Assembly (NCBI GenBank): GCA_964444225.1
Contig: CAYUFM010000004.1
Span: 1 to 62,526, forward strand
Direction of reading: 5' to 3'
Source of the DNA: an uncultured Candidatus Saccharibacteria bacterium
GTDB lineage: Bacteria; Patescibacteriota; Saccharimonadia; Saccharimonadales; 2-12-FULL-41-12
DNA length: 62,526 nt
A program made the translations under genes and the position numbers. This document shows positions 30,296 through 40,183 of this stretch, piece after piece (position 1 is the first letter of the stretch; each line of letters opens with the position of its first letter). Under the pieces are notes generated by a model that saw only the letters and a program-made list of their open reading frames with translations, ran no database searches and was not told the DNA's origin.

Positions 30296-31462
30296 TTATT
30301 CGCCGTGTTCTTCGATTGCCTCTAGTAGAGAGCTCTCTAGTTGCTCTTTCTTCTTCAACTTTTGACCACCAAGAGGCTTAGCAATCTTAACTTCAGCGGA
30401 TTCTGGCACTTCAACTTCAGGAGTTGTGTCGGACACTATGTCTATCTCAAAGCCGGTAAGTTTGCTAGCCAAACGTACGTTCTGACCACTCTTACCTATA
30501 GCAATACTCAGCTGGTCTTCTGGCACGTTAACAATCGCTTTTTTAGTTTTTTCGTCTAAATGTACTTTTGTAACTTTAGTTGGACTTAGGGCATTTGTCA
30601 GGAATTTCACAGGGTCATCGTCCCATACGATTATGTCGATCTTTTCTTGCTCGCCTACTTCGCTCATCACGGCGTTAACACGAGTCCCATGACCACCAAC
30701 AAAAGTACCTACAGGGTCAACACCTGGCACAGTACTAGTTACGGCTATTTTGCTCCTAACACCAGCTTCACGGGCGATAGCCTTAATAGCGACAGAGCCA
30801 CTTTCCATCTCAGGAACTTCTCCACGGAAAAGCCATTCCATAAAATCTGCTGACCCACGTGAGACAACCAGTTGTGGGCCACGAAAACCACGCTCTACGT
30901 CTTTTAAAAACACTTTTAGACGCTGGCCTGGGTGGTAGTGCTCATTCTGAATTTGCTCACTCATAGGCATAATGGCCTGAGCCTTACCTAGGTCGAACCG
31001 TACCATACGGCCTTCCACTCGCGAGACTACACCGTTAACCACGGTGCCAATTTTGTCCTGGAACTCATTCATAATAATTTCGCGCTCCGCTTCACGTAGC
31101 CTTTGCAAGATAACTTGCTTAGCAGTCTGAGCAGCCACACGGCCAAAGCTATCAGCTTTTTGATGAAATTCTAGGATATCGCCAATTACAGCGTCTTTTT
31201 TAACCTTTTTGGCATCTTCTAGATTGATCTCAAACCTTTCGTCACCAACTTTCTCGACAACTTCTCTGCCAACATATACATCTAGATCACCATTTTTCAT
31301 ATTGATCTCTACGCGTACTTCTTGTTCGCGGTCACCAAAGTCACGCCGATATGCAGCGGCCAATGCTTGCTCTACCACCTCTTTAACAGATTCTTCTGGT
31401 AAGTTTTTCTCGTTAGCGATTGCTACAATTACCGAGTTGAGTTGTTTAATATCTAATTCCAT
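30296..31462 (-). CDS. nusA: transcription termination factor NusA
   Basis: FGRVAAQTAKQVILQ, AREAGVRSKIAV, AIGKSGQNVRLA. Confidence 0.98.
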   Translation of the reverse strand: MELDIKQLNSVIVAIANEKNLPEESVKEVVEQALAAAYRRDFGDREQEVRVEINMKNGDLDVYVGREVVEKVGDERFEINLEDAKKVKKDAVIGDILEFHQKADSFGRVAAQTAKQVILQRLREAEREIIMNEFQDKIGTVVNGVVSRVEGRMVRFDLGKAQAIMPMSEQIQNEHYHPGQRLKVFLKDVERGFRGPQLVVSRGSADFMEWLFRGEVPEMESGSVAIKAIAREAGVRSKIAVTSTVPGVDPVGTFVGGHGTRVNAVMSEVGEQEKIDIIVWDDDPVKFLTNALSPTKVTKVHLDEKTKKAIVNVPEDQLSIAIGKSGQNVRLASKLTGFEIDIVSDTTPEVEVPESAEVKIAKPLGGQKLKKKEQLESSLLEAIEEHGE

Positions 31463-31504
31463 TTTATTCCTTTCGGTTTTAAGTTAAAACATGCCCCATT
31501 CATG

Positions 31505-31529
31505 AAAAAAGTCGACCAATTCGGCCGAC
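31505..31529 (-). terminator. terminator-like hairpin in the nusA 5' leader
   Basis: Minus strand GTCGGCC-GAATT-GGTCGAC followed by TTTTTT, between the promoter (TTTACT-17-TACTAT) and the nusA SD. Confidence 0.65.
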
Positions 31530-31627
31530 ATCCATCTAATAGTACCAAAATTATAACCTAAAGTAAAGTTTAGGGATTATCTTGCTTTTGCTTAGATGAA
31601 TATTTAGTGATTAAATCTACGTTAGTT

Positions 31628-32356
31628 ATGAGTAAATTCGAGCGCGGTAAAATCCCTGGGAGTTCGGTACCAAATACTGGATCGTACGCAAGGTGGCAGT
31701 TTTTTACAATGCTTCTAGGCTATCGATTACCTATGAAAAAATTGGTAATTGAAGGTCAAGAAAATATACCAAAAGACGAGCCTCTTTTGATTTTGCCTAA
31801 TCATCGAGGGCATGGCGACATTGCCGTTACTAACCATGCTATTCATCCGCTTAAGGCTCGGTACATGGCTAAGGGTAAGGTCTTTGGATACCCTTTTATC
31901 GGCAGAAAAATGGAGACAGACTGGAACACTATCCGTATCAATGAAGGCATGCCTTCTGAGGATATACTTTTAGCATGCCTGGAGACTTTTGAGCATGAAA
32001 AAAACCCAAACCTGGTGATGTTCGGAGAAGCTACCAGGGTAGAAGAAAACATCACAAGAGTTAGGGGTTTACCGGCATTTGCCGGCAGAGTTGCTTGCTT
32101 CTCAGGAGTTCGAGTTCTGCCAATAGGAATCTGGGGAACCCACGTGCACCGTAACCTACCAGGCATGAGCGATACTTATGTACATGTTGGCGAACCGTTA
32201 GGGCCTTACGTATTTGAAGCTGGCTATGATACTGCAGATCGAACAATCGACAAAATAGGTCAACCGGACCGCCAACTTCTGCGAACTGCTCAAGCCGAAA
32301 TCACATCAGGCATACAAGATAGCTTAGACAAAGCGATCTTGCTTTCCCAAAAATAG
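31628..32356 (+). CDS. lysophospholipid acyltransferase (PlsC family); start probably ATG 31628
   Basis: NHRGHGD (HX4D), YMAKG..F, FGEATR (EGTR-like), VLPIGI. Confidence 0.85.
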   Translation: MSKFERGKIPGSSVPNTGSYARWQFFTMLLGYRLPMKKLVIEGQENIPKDEPLLILPNHRGHGDIAVTNHAIHPLKARYMAKGKVFGYPFIGRKMETDWNTIRINEGMPSEDILLACLETFEHEKNPNLVMFGEATRVEENITRVRGLPAFAGRVACFSGVRVLPIGIWGTHVHRNLPGMSDTYVHVGEPLGPYVFEAGYDTADRTIDKIGQPDRQLLRTAQAEITSGIQDSLDKAILLSQK

Positions 32357-32380
32357 ATTTATCGTCTAGAATAGAAACAA

Positions 32381-34936
32381 ATGGGAAAATTAGTAAAGCG
32401 ACTTTATGGTCAATTTGTGCCAGAAAATTATGATCTGAACATAGAAATTGATTCAGATAAAATGACTTTTTCTGGCAAAGTTATTATTAAAGGCAAAAAA
32501 TCTGGCCGTCCAAGCAAACGAATTACCCTACATCAAAAAGACTTAAAAATTACTAACGCTAAAATCACCCATCACAGCAAAGAAAAAAAAGAACTTAACC
32601 TCGACCGGATCAACTGCCACAAGGCCTACGACGAAGTTCGCCTTCACAGTCCAGATATGATCTATCCTGGGAGTTATGAGTTATATCTAGAATTTAATGG
32701 AAAAATCACCCCCGAAATGCATGGCCTATACCCCTGCTTTTTTGAACATAAGGTCAAAAAGCAAAAAATTTTTGCTACACAATTTGAGTCACACCACGCT
32801 CGTGAAGTCTTCCCTTGCATAGACGAACCGGAAGCCAAAGCAACCTTCGACCTGACACTCACAACAGAAGTTGGCGTAGATGTCTTGGCTAACACTGAGG
32901 TAAAATCGCAGAAAACTGACTCTAATAAACTAATTACAAAGTTTGAAACAACCCCAATAATGAGCTCTTACCTACTAGCACTTGCCTTTGGCCAAATCCA
33001 CTGCGTAGAGGGCAAGACCAAGTCAGGTATAGCCGTGCGCTCATGGGCTAGTGTTGCTCAGGACAAAAAAACCCTAAAATATGCCAATGCCGAGGCCATC
33101 GACGTACTAGATTTCTTTGAAGAATACTTTGGTGTCGCCTTCCCACTCAAAAAACTTGATCAAATCGCCTTACCAGATTTTGAAAGTGGCGCCATGGAAA
33201 ACTGGGGATTAATAACCTACCGAGAAATCGCTCTACTGACAGACCCAGATAACCGATCCGTACCTACAGAACAATATGTTTCTATGGTTATCGCACACGA
33301 GGTTTCTCACCAGTGGTTTGGCAACTTAGTAACCATGAAATGGTGGGATGATTTGTGGCTAAACGAAAGTTTTGCCAGTCTGATGGAACACCTGGTTCTT
33401 GACAAGCTCCACCCAAGCTGGCACCAGTGGGAGCAATACGCCTCGGCAGATATAATTGCTTGCTCTAACAGAGATATATACAGCGATGTCCAAGCCGTCG
33501 GTGTTGATGTAAGACACCCAGATGAAATAGGGTCGTTGTTTGACCCAGCAATAGTTTATGCCAAGGGTGGACGGTTATTAAAAATGATGCGCGAATACAT
33601 CGGCGACGAAGCCTTCCGGAAGGGACTCAAAAGTTATTTTCAAAAGCATGCCTTTAAAAATACGGTTCGTGAAGATCTATGGACAGAAATGTCAGCTGCC
33701 AGCGGAGAAGATATCAATGCGCTGATGACACCATGGCTAGAACAATCTGGCATGCCAGTTGTAAAAATTACTTCTGAGGGCAACCAGAGATCCCTTACCC
33801 AATCTAGGTTCTTACTCGACAAGGACGACGACCCTAGCATCTGGCCGATTCCCTTGCTTGGCGAAGAGACATCAGTGAAAGTCTTAAACAAAAAATCAGT
33901 CTCTCTAGACTCAGAGTCGGTCCCTTTCCTTAACCCTTACGGAAGTGGCCACTACATAGTTCACTACGCAGACGATAAAGATCTGACGACAATAATCTCT
34001 AAAGTAAAAAAAGATCAATCACTATCAGAAAGCCGAATCAACATATTGAATGATTTAATATTGCTGGCTCGCCGTGGTGACGATAGCATTGTAGATGCTC
34101 TGAAGTTAGTTCAAGAACTAGAAGAAGAACCACGTGATGCTGTTTGGTCAATTATGGCTCGAGTTTTGGGGCTAAGCGCAAACCTTGGTGAAGATAACGT
34201 TGCTGTAGAAGAAGGGTTAAAAAAACTTCGGTACAACCTCGGCCACAAAAATTATCAAAAGTTAGGCTGGGATGATGCAGAAGACGAAGATCCTAACACC
34301 AAGATGCTTCGAGCAACGGCAATTAGTTTAATGCTCGGTTCAGAAGACGCATCGGTTATTAAAAAAGCCAAAGATATCTTTTCAAGCTCTAAAAAAATTG
34401 AAGATATTGAGTCCGACAGGCGCGGAATAGTCTTTAGTGCAGTAGTAAAATTTGCAGATGACGAGAAAGTTATAGATGAACTAATAAAAAAATATAAAAG
34501 CACAGTTGACCCCGACCTTCAAAACTCTATTTGCGGCGGGCTATGTGCTACAAAATCAGAAAAAGTAGCGAAACTATTAATAGCCGAGGGTCTGGGAAAA
34601 GATGGTTTTGTACGACAACAAGATATTTTCCGCTGGTACGCATATTTAATGCGCAACAAACACACGCGGGATCTGGCATGGGACTGGCTAATAAATTCTT
34701 GGTCGCGGCTAGAAAAAATGTATGGTGGCGGGAAATCTATGGATCATTTTGTGGTTTATTCATCTGCACCAATGCAAACAAAAAGTTGGCAAAAGAAATT
34801 TGACGACTTCTTTGATCCCAAGATCAACGACATTTCCCTCTCTCGCAACATAAAAGTAGCCAAATCAGAAATTCAAGCTCGAATAGACTGGCGCACCCGT
34901 GAACTAAAACCACTTGAAACGTACTTTAAGAAGTGA
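32381..34936 (+). CDS. pepN: M1 family aminopeptidase N
   Basis: GAMENWG, HEVSH-X18-E (WLNES), YAKG. Confidence 0.95.
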   Translation: MGKLVKRLYGQFVPENYDLNIEIDSDKMTFSGKVIIKGKKSGRPSKRITLHQKDLKITNAKITHHSKEKKELNLDRINCHKAYDEVRLHSPDMIYPGSYELYLEFNGKITPEMHGLYPCFFEHKVKKQKIFATQFESHHAREVFPCIDEPEAKATFDLTLTTEVGVDVLANTEVKSQKTDSNKLITKFETTPIMSSYLLALAFGQIHCVEGKTKSGIAVRSWASVAQDKKTLKYANAEAIDVLDFFEEYFGVAFPLKKLDQIALPDFESGAMENWGLITYREIALLTDPDNRSVPTEQYVSMVIAHEVSHQWFGNLVTMKWWDDLWLNESFASLMEHLVLDKLHPSWHQWEQYASADIIACSNRDIYSDVQAVGVDVRHPDEIGSLFDPAIVYAKGGRLLKMMREYIGDEAFRKGLKSYFQKHAFKNTVREDLWTEMSAASGEDINALMTPWLEQSGMPVVKITSEGNQRSLTQSRFLLDKDDDPSIWPIPLLGEETSVKVLNKKSVSLDSESVPFLNPYGSGHYIVHYADDKDLTTIISKVKKDQSLSESRINILNDLILLARRGDDSIVDALKLVQELEEEPRDAVWSIMARVLGLSANLGEDNVAVEEGLKKLRYNLGHKNYQKLGWDDAEDEDPNTKMLRATAISLMLGSEDASVIKKAKDIFSSSKKIEDIESDRRGIVFSAVVKFADDEKVIDELIKKYKSTVDPDLQNSICGGLCATKSEKVAKLLIAEGLGKDGFVRQQDIFRWYAYLMRNKHTRDLAWDWLINSWSRLEKMYGGGKSMDHFVVYSSAPMQTKSWQKKFDDFFDPKINDISLSRNIKVAKSEIQARIDWRTRELKPLETYFKK

Positions 34937-36110
34937 TTACTGGTCTCTGTTTGGTAACTCTAACAATGTCTACCACACCCAAAGTAATCAGTGGAGCAGC
35001 ACTAATTGCTATTGAGCCACTGACCCCTAATTCCTCAACAACAAAATAGAACAATACTGCTAATAATAAGAATAAAATTTGACCAAACGAATTAGCGGTA
35101 GATAATATACTAGCTCGTCTTGACGATTCAATTCTTTCTTGGATGTGCAGATTCAAATATGAATCAATATACTTAATCGCAGCATACATTACAAAAAGAT
35201 TAGCAAATATTGCAATTGCGCCACCAAAAATTAACCCAATTGACGAACTTAATATGAGACCGATCCATGCAACAACCGTTGATATCCGAGTTAAATTAAA
35301 CCTCCCAAAAATATAAGAACTAATCGCCATACCAATCAAAATAACTGGAAACAATAAAGCGACCGATTCAATGCTCAGCCCTTTGCTTGTAGAAAAAATC
35401 TGGTAATACTCATACATTACCGATTTAAATGCAACTAAAACAACAACCAGAAGTATTAGCCACCTTAATAAGTCACTTTTTAAAATGACCATTACTTCTT
35501 TGAGGTGTCTATACCAGCTTAAGTTTGCGTGAGTCGCTGGAGTTATTTTAGGTTCAAACATCCTAGAAACTAGCCATATTGCATATAAAAGCCCTGGCAA
35601 AGTAAAGAAAAATGCCATGCGAAGATTGCCGAACAAGGAAATCAAATAAGCCACAATGCCTGCCAGTGTCATACTCCAAAGAAATAAGCTATCGGCTATA
35701 CCTTTAACATTTTGATAATGCTCTTTTAGGCCTCTATCCTTTAAGCTGTCGTAGATTAGTGCCTCATAAGTACCGGAATACATCGCAGTCCCTAGCGCCC
35801 ATACAGTCGCTCCAATGGCAAATACTAAAAAAGTACTTCCTAGCCCGATTATAATTGTACTTGCTGCTAATAAAATCAAACTTATTACTAGTACTTTTTT
35901 TCTACTCCATTTATCTGCCAAAACACTTGATGGTATTTCGAACAGCAACTGTGGCGCCCAAGCTAAAGCACCTAGTATGATGATTTGCTGCAAACTCATC
36001 CCAATTTGCTCGTAAAAAACTTTATCAATTGCATACCAAACAAAAAAACCATTGAAAAAAGCAATCAAATAGAAGCTTCTCTTGATCGACCTAAGGTTGG
36101 GCGGGTGCAT
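34926..36110 (-). CDS. MFS transporter
   Basis: About 12 TM segments, EIPSSVLADKWSRKK, SGTYEALIYD. Confidence 0.9.
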   Translation of the reverse strand: MHPPNLRSIKRSFYLIAFFNGFFVWYAIDKVFYEQIGMSLQQIIILGALAWAPQLLFEIPSSVLADKWSRKKVLVISLILLAASTIIIGLGSTFLVFAIGATVWALGTAMYSGTYEALIYDSLKDRGLKEHYQNVKGIADSLFLWSMTLAGIVAYLISLFGNLRMAFFFTLPGLLYAIWLVSRMFEPKITPATHANLSWYRHLKEVMVILKSDLLRWLILLVVVLVAFKSVMYEYYQIFSTSKGLSIESVALLFPVILIGMAISSYIFGRFNLTRISTVVAWIGLILSSSIGLIFGGAIAIFANLFVMYAAIKYIDSYLNLHIQERIESSRRASILSTANSFGQILFLLLAVLFYFVVEELGVSGSIAISAAPLITLGVVDIVRVTKQRPVITS

Positions 36111-36143
36111 TTACGATGAATTATACAGCAGAATATTACACAC

Positions 36144-36482
36144 TTATATAATTTCAATAAATTCTACTTCGTAGTCTTCGCCTGAAACGCTGGCAGCAGA
36201 CAGGCAATACTCGCCTTCCCATTTGTTTTGGGCAATCCAATACTCGGCCGCGAAGCTCATTTGTCTTAACTTTGCTGGAGTTATATACTCAAACCCTTCG
36301 CCCTGCCTGGAGCTAAAACGATATTTAACTTCGACAAAGTAAACACACCTGTTTTTTTTGGCAATAATATCTATCTCACACTGTTTGGTCTTCCAATTTC
36401 TGTCCAGTATTTTAAAACCTTTGAACTCTAGGTATTTTTCTGCAGCATTTTCACCGTATTTTCCACTGTCGTTATGCTTCAT
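36144..36482 (-). CDS. YraN/UPF0102 family nuclease-like protein
   Basis: GENAA, EIDIIA, FVEVK; overlaps rnhB. Confidence 0.9.
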   Translation of the reverse strand: MKHNDSGKYGENAAEKYLEFKGFKILDRNWKTKQCEIDIIAKKNRCVYFVEVKYRFSSRQGEGFEYITPAKLRQMSFAAEYWIAQNKWEGEYCLSAASVSGEDYEVEFIEII

Positions 36483-37050
36483 ACGTATCCATGATATCTT
36501 TGATAGGTTTGAAGGACCATCTGTGCAGTGGTGTTAGTCCTTTCTCCCTTATGGACGCTAGATGCTGCGAAGTGCCATAGCCCACATTTTTTTCAAATCC
36601 GTAGTTTGGATACAACTTACCCTGGTTGCTCATATATTCATCTCTTGCAACTTTGGCTACTATGCTAGCAGCAGAAATTTCTGCCACGCCGGCATCACCG
36701 TTAACCACACACTCAACTTGTTGATGAATTTTATCTCCCGATAAGTAGTTAAAGTTACCATCAATCAGTATTTTTATACCTTTTGGAGCCTTCTTCAAGG
36801 CTCTTTGGCAAGCTAAAGTTGTCGCCTTAGTTAAGCCCAAATCATCGACTTCACTAGCGCTTACCCAGCCCAAACCCACAAATTCGGCAGTAGAATTAAT
36901 GATTTTTGCCAAATCTTCTCTCTGAGATTTTGTCAGTTTTTTAGAATCTTTAAGTCCATGAATCTTTTGTCCCAGCAATACGGCCCCTACCACCAACGGC
37001 CCGGCCCATGCACCACGCCCAACTTCATCAACCCCAATGACTTTTTGCAT
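36472..37050 (-). CDS. rnhB: ribonuclease HII
   Basis: GVDEVGRG, DSKKL, AASIVAKVARD, HRWSF. Confidence 0.97.
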   Translation of the reverse strand: MQKVIGVDEVGRGAWAGPLVVGAVLLGQKIHGLKDSKKLTKSQREDLAKIINSTAEFVGLGWVSASEVDDLGLTKATTLACQRALKKAPKGIKILIDGNFNYLSGDKIHQQVECVVNGDAGVAEISAASIVAKVARDEYMSNQGKLYPNYGFEKNVGYGTSQHLASIREKGLTPLHRWSFKPIKDIMDTYEA

Positions 37051-37064
37051 TAAATTAAGTATAT

Positions 37065-37091
37065 AAAAAAAGCGCCGATTTGGCGCTTTTT
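37065..37091 (-). terminator. intrinsic terminator after rplS
   Basis: AAAAAAA-GCGCC-GATTT-GGCGC-TTTTT symmetrical hairpin. Confidence 0.85.
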
Positions 37092-37104
37092 ATTAAGCAA
37101 AAAC

Positions 37105-37578
37105 TTATTTTTCTTCTTTTGCTTTGGGAGTTTCTTCTGCAGGCTTTTCAGTTTCTGGTGCTTTTTCCTCAACAGCCTCGGCTGGCTCAGGTTTTGGCGC
37201 CTCTTTTATAGTATTGACCTCATCACGGTTAAAATCCATACCGGATAGTCTAGCTGATTTACCTGTACGCTCACGCATATAGGTTAGGTAATTACGGCGA
37301 ACCTTGCTTCGCTTCGTTACTTCAATTTTTTCTACAAGCGGGCTGTGAAGAAGGTAGGATTTTTCTACTCCAATTCCGCTAGCAACTCGCCTAACGGTGA
37401 TACTACTCGTGTGACTACCCTTACGGTCAGTGCGAATAACTAGCCCTTCAAAAACCTGAATACGCTCTTTATTACCTTCACGGATTTTTTGGTGAACTTT
37501 AACAGTGTCGCCAGACTTAACGTCGACAACATCGTGTTTACGATACTTTGCTTCAATAGCTGAAATAACTGATGACAT
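37105..37578 (-). CDS. rplS: 50S ribosomal protein L19
   Basis: GDTVKVH..IREGNKERIQVFEG, KVRR..L.YMRER.GKSAR. Confidence 0.97.
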   Translation of the reverse strand: MSSVISAIEAKYRKHDVVDVKSGDTVKVHQKIREGNKERIQVFEGLVIRTDRKGSHTSSITVRRVASGIGVEKSYLLHSPLVEKIEVTKRSKVRRNYLTYMRERTGKSARLSGMDFNRDEVNTIKEAPKPEPAEAVEEKAPETEKPAEETPKAKEEK

Positions 37579-37680
37579 TACTAATTAACCTTTTTCTTCA
37601 CAAATTGTTTTATACATTCTACCACATCTGTTGTGATAATAAAATACCCTGATTTAGAAAATAAGCGTAAACTACCTAGT

Positions 37681-38820
37681 ATGGATTATAATCAACGAGC
37701 TTTGGACGAACACAAAAGATTAAAAGGTAAGATTTCTGTTGAATTAAAGGCAGATCTAGCCACAAAAGATGACTTAAGTACATTCTACAGCCCCGGCGTC
37801 GGTGCCGTCAGTAGCCACCTAGCCGAACACCCCGAAGAACTCAGGGATTATACCTGGACCAACAATACAGTAGCTGTCATATCTGACGGATCAGCTGTTT
37901 TGGGGCTCGGTAATATCGGTCCAGAAGGCGCACTACCGGTAATGGAAGGTAAATGTATGCTGTTTAAACATTTTGCCGGGATAGACGCTGTACCAGTTGT
38001 ACTTAATGTCCATACAGCAGATGAAATCATCGCCGTTGTTAAAGCCCTAGCCCCAACTTACGGCGGGATTAACCTCGAAGATATCGGTGCACCACTTTGT
38101 TTTGAAGTAGAAGAAAAACTAAAAGCCGAACTAAATATCCCCGTTTTTCATGATGATCAACATGGCACGGCTGTCGTGGTGTTAGCCGGACTAATAAATT
38201 CTATGAAAATAACTGGCAAAGACCTTAATACTTGTCGAGCGGTAGTTAGCGGAGTTGGTGCTGCCGGAGTAGCTATAATGAAACTACTTAAAAAATACGC
38301 TCCCGGACTAGAAATCATCGGGCTAGATAGTCAAGGAATTATTAGTTCTAACCGCGCAGATTTGAATGTTGTCAAACAAAACTTACTACACCTGGGCGTA
38401 CTCAGTGGAGCGATAGAAGGCGATTTAACAGAGGCCGTAAAAGGCGCTAATATATTCATCGGTGTTAGTAAGGCTGGCCTGCTAACAGCTGATCATATAA
38501 AATTAATGGCCAAAGACCCAATCATTTTTGGCCTGGCTAACCCCGTACCAGAAATAATGCCTGATGAAGCCAAGTCTGCCGGAGCATTAATAGTAGCCAC
38601 TGGTCGCAGTGACTTCCCTAACCAAGTTAACAACGCTGTTGCCTTCCCGGGCATTTTCCGCGGAGCGCTAGATAACCGAGTCACCAAAATTACAGATGAC
38701 CACAAATTAGCTGCCGCAAAGGTCATAGCAGGGCTGGTCCAGAACCCAACTCCAGATGAAATAATCCCATCAGTCCTAGACCCACGCCTAGTCCCAGAAA
38801 TCTCTAAAGTTATCGTCTAG
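37681..38820 (+). CDS. NAD(P)-dependent malic enzyme (start revised to ATG 37681)
   Basis: YSPGVG, DGSAVLGLGNIG, NLEDI, FHDDQHGTA, ATGRSDFPNQVNN; TAAACT -10 lies 7 nt upstream. Confidence 0.95.
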   Translation: MDYNQRALDEHKRLKGKISVELKADLATKDDLSTFYSPGVGAVSSHLAEHPEELRDYTWTNNTVAVISDGSAVLGLGNIGPEGALPVMEGKCMLFKHFAGIDAVPVVLNVHTADEIIAVVKALAPTYGGINLEDIGAPLCFEVEEKLKAELNIPVFHDDQHGTAVVVLAGLINSMKITGKDLNTCRAVVSGVGAAGVAIMKLLKKYAPGLEIIGLDSQGIISSNRADLNVVKQNLLHLGVLSGAIEGDLTEAVKGANIFIGVSKAGLLTADHIKLMAKDPIIFGLANPVPEIMPDEAKSAGALIVATGRSDFPNQVNNAVAFPGIFRGALDNRVTKITDDHKLAAAKVIAGLVQNPTPDEIIPSVLDPRLVPEISKVIV

Positions 38821-39502
38821 TTACGGTTTGAACACTGCCTAAACCACTGTTCGCTACGGCTAGATCGAAGTCATCCAGATACTCTATTTCACTGGCTCTT
38901 AGTTCTTCCTCGACTGCTCTTCGACCAATGGCTACGGTCGAGGTAATTACCTGACCTTTAGTATATTCACGCTTTGTATAAGGATCAAAAATACCACCTC
39001 TATACACATAGCTACCAACAGGAACTTCTTGCTTTTTAAGCTCTGGTTCTTCGCCTAATCTTTTAGGTACAAGTAGCTCAAAAACAATACTGTACATTTG
39101 GCCAGCTCTACCGTAACCTACATTGCCTGACGGACCCTCCCAAATACGTGGAGTACTTGATCTAATACTAAAGCGCTCATCATAGTCGGTGCCCAAACCA
39201 GATGCCGGTAAAACGCCCAGGATTGGTCTTGGGTCTTCAGGCTTCCTAACGCATACAATTTCAGCACCTCTAGCTGCTTGCTGGGCAAGATTAATTACGT
39301 TTTGGCGAAATCTTTCATGATTATCGTCGGGCTGTCTGCGAAGAGTTAACCAACTACCATCAGCGTCTAATAAACCACCCGATAAAATATTAAACTCATC
39401 AAAAGAAATAACACCATATTTATTCCCTTTACCTACAATCTCTTTTTCTATTTGATGCAACTCAGCCATTTTTTCAAAATACTCAGCAGCAAGATCGCTC
39501 AT
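38810..39502 (-). CDS. hypothetical protein (230 aa)
   Basis: ATG with GGAGG SD; no motif recognised. Confidence 0.8.
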   Translation of the reverse strand: MSDLAAEYFEKMAELHQIEKEIVGKGNKYGVISFDEFNILSGGLLDADGSWLTLRRQPDDNHERFRQNVINLAQQAARGAEIVCVRKPEDPRPILGVLPASGLGTDYDERFSIRSSTPRIWEGPSGNVGYGRAGQMYSIVFELLVPKRLGEEPELKKQEVPVGSYVYRGGIFDPYTKREYTKGQVITSTVAIGRRAVEEELRASEIEYLDDFDLAVANSGLGSVQTVTRR

Positions 39503-39661
39503 AACAAACCTCCATAATTTTATTGTATTTTACTAAACTTTATACTTTTGTACAAAATTATACTGATCTGTTCATAAAGCATCGACATATTAAAAGTAAA
39601 TAACAAACTTTATTCTACGACAACGATCGCTAATCCCGTGCCGCTTGCCTAAAGAATATAA

Positions 39662-40078
39662 CTAAAAATCTTCTGGAAGGACATGTTCTAAAGTATTTAC
39701 AAATTTAGATATTTCTTCATCCATCAATAATCTGGAATATCTGCCAAGCTCAACCACTAATTCAGCGGTAACTTCATCATTATGGTCATCAAAATGCGAA
39801 ACAACTTCATCTGTCAAAAATGCCGAAATTCTAATCTCGCAACACGGACACCGAAACCTCGCATCAGACACACCTCCATTTTGATCGCCACTCAATGCGT
39901 AGATATATAAAAAATCTCCACCGCAGGACCGAGGGCATACCCATGGTTCACTAAGCACTCCCATTTTCTGCTCATCGGTAAGTGTAATTTCTTGGCCGTT
40001 TATGCCGTCAATTGCTCTATATACACCAACACGGGGACCTGGCTCTTGCTTCTTTTCTTGAGTTTCATGATTTGCCAT
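39662..40078 (-). CDS. zinc-ribbon hypothetical protein (start revised to ATG 40078)
   Basis: CPRSC...RCPCCE and acidic helical tail ending LPEDF; TTGTGT-17-TATAAT promoter ends 6 nt before the ATG. Confidence 0.8.
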   Translation of the reverse strand: MANHETQEKKQEPGPRVGVYRAIDGINGQEITLTDEQKMGVLSEPWVCPRSCGGDFLYIYALSGDQNGGVSDARFRCPCCEIRISAFLTDEVVSHFDDHNDEVTAELVVELGRYSRLLMDEEISKFVNTLEHVLPEDF

Positions 40079-40183
40079 ATATATATTATATAAGTTAATG
40101 GCAAATAACACAATAATCTTATTTTTGGTTACTGTAGAGTTCTTAAGTAGTAACCCCTAAATGGATGCTACAGGCTAACTTAC

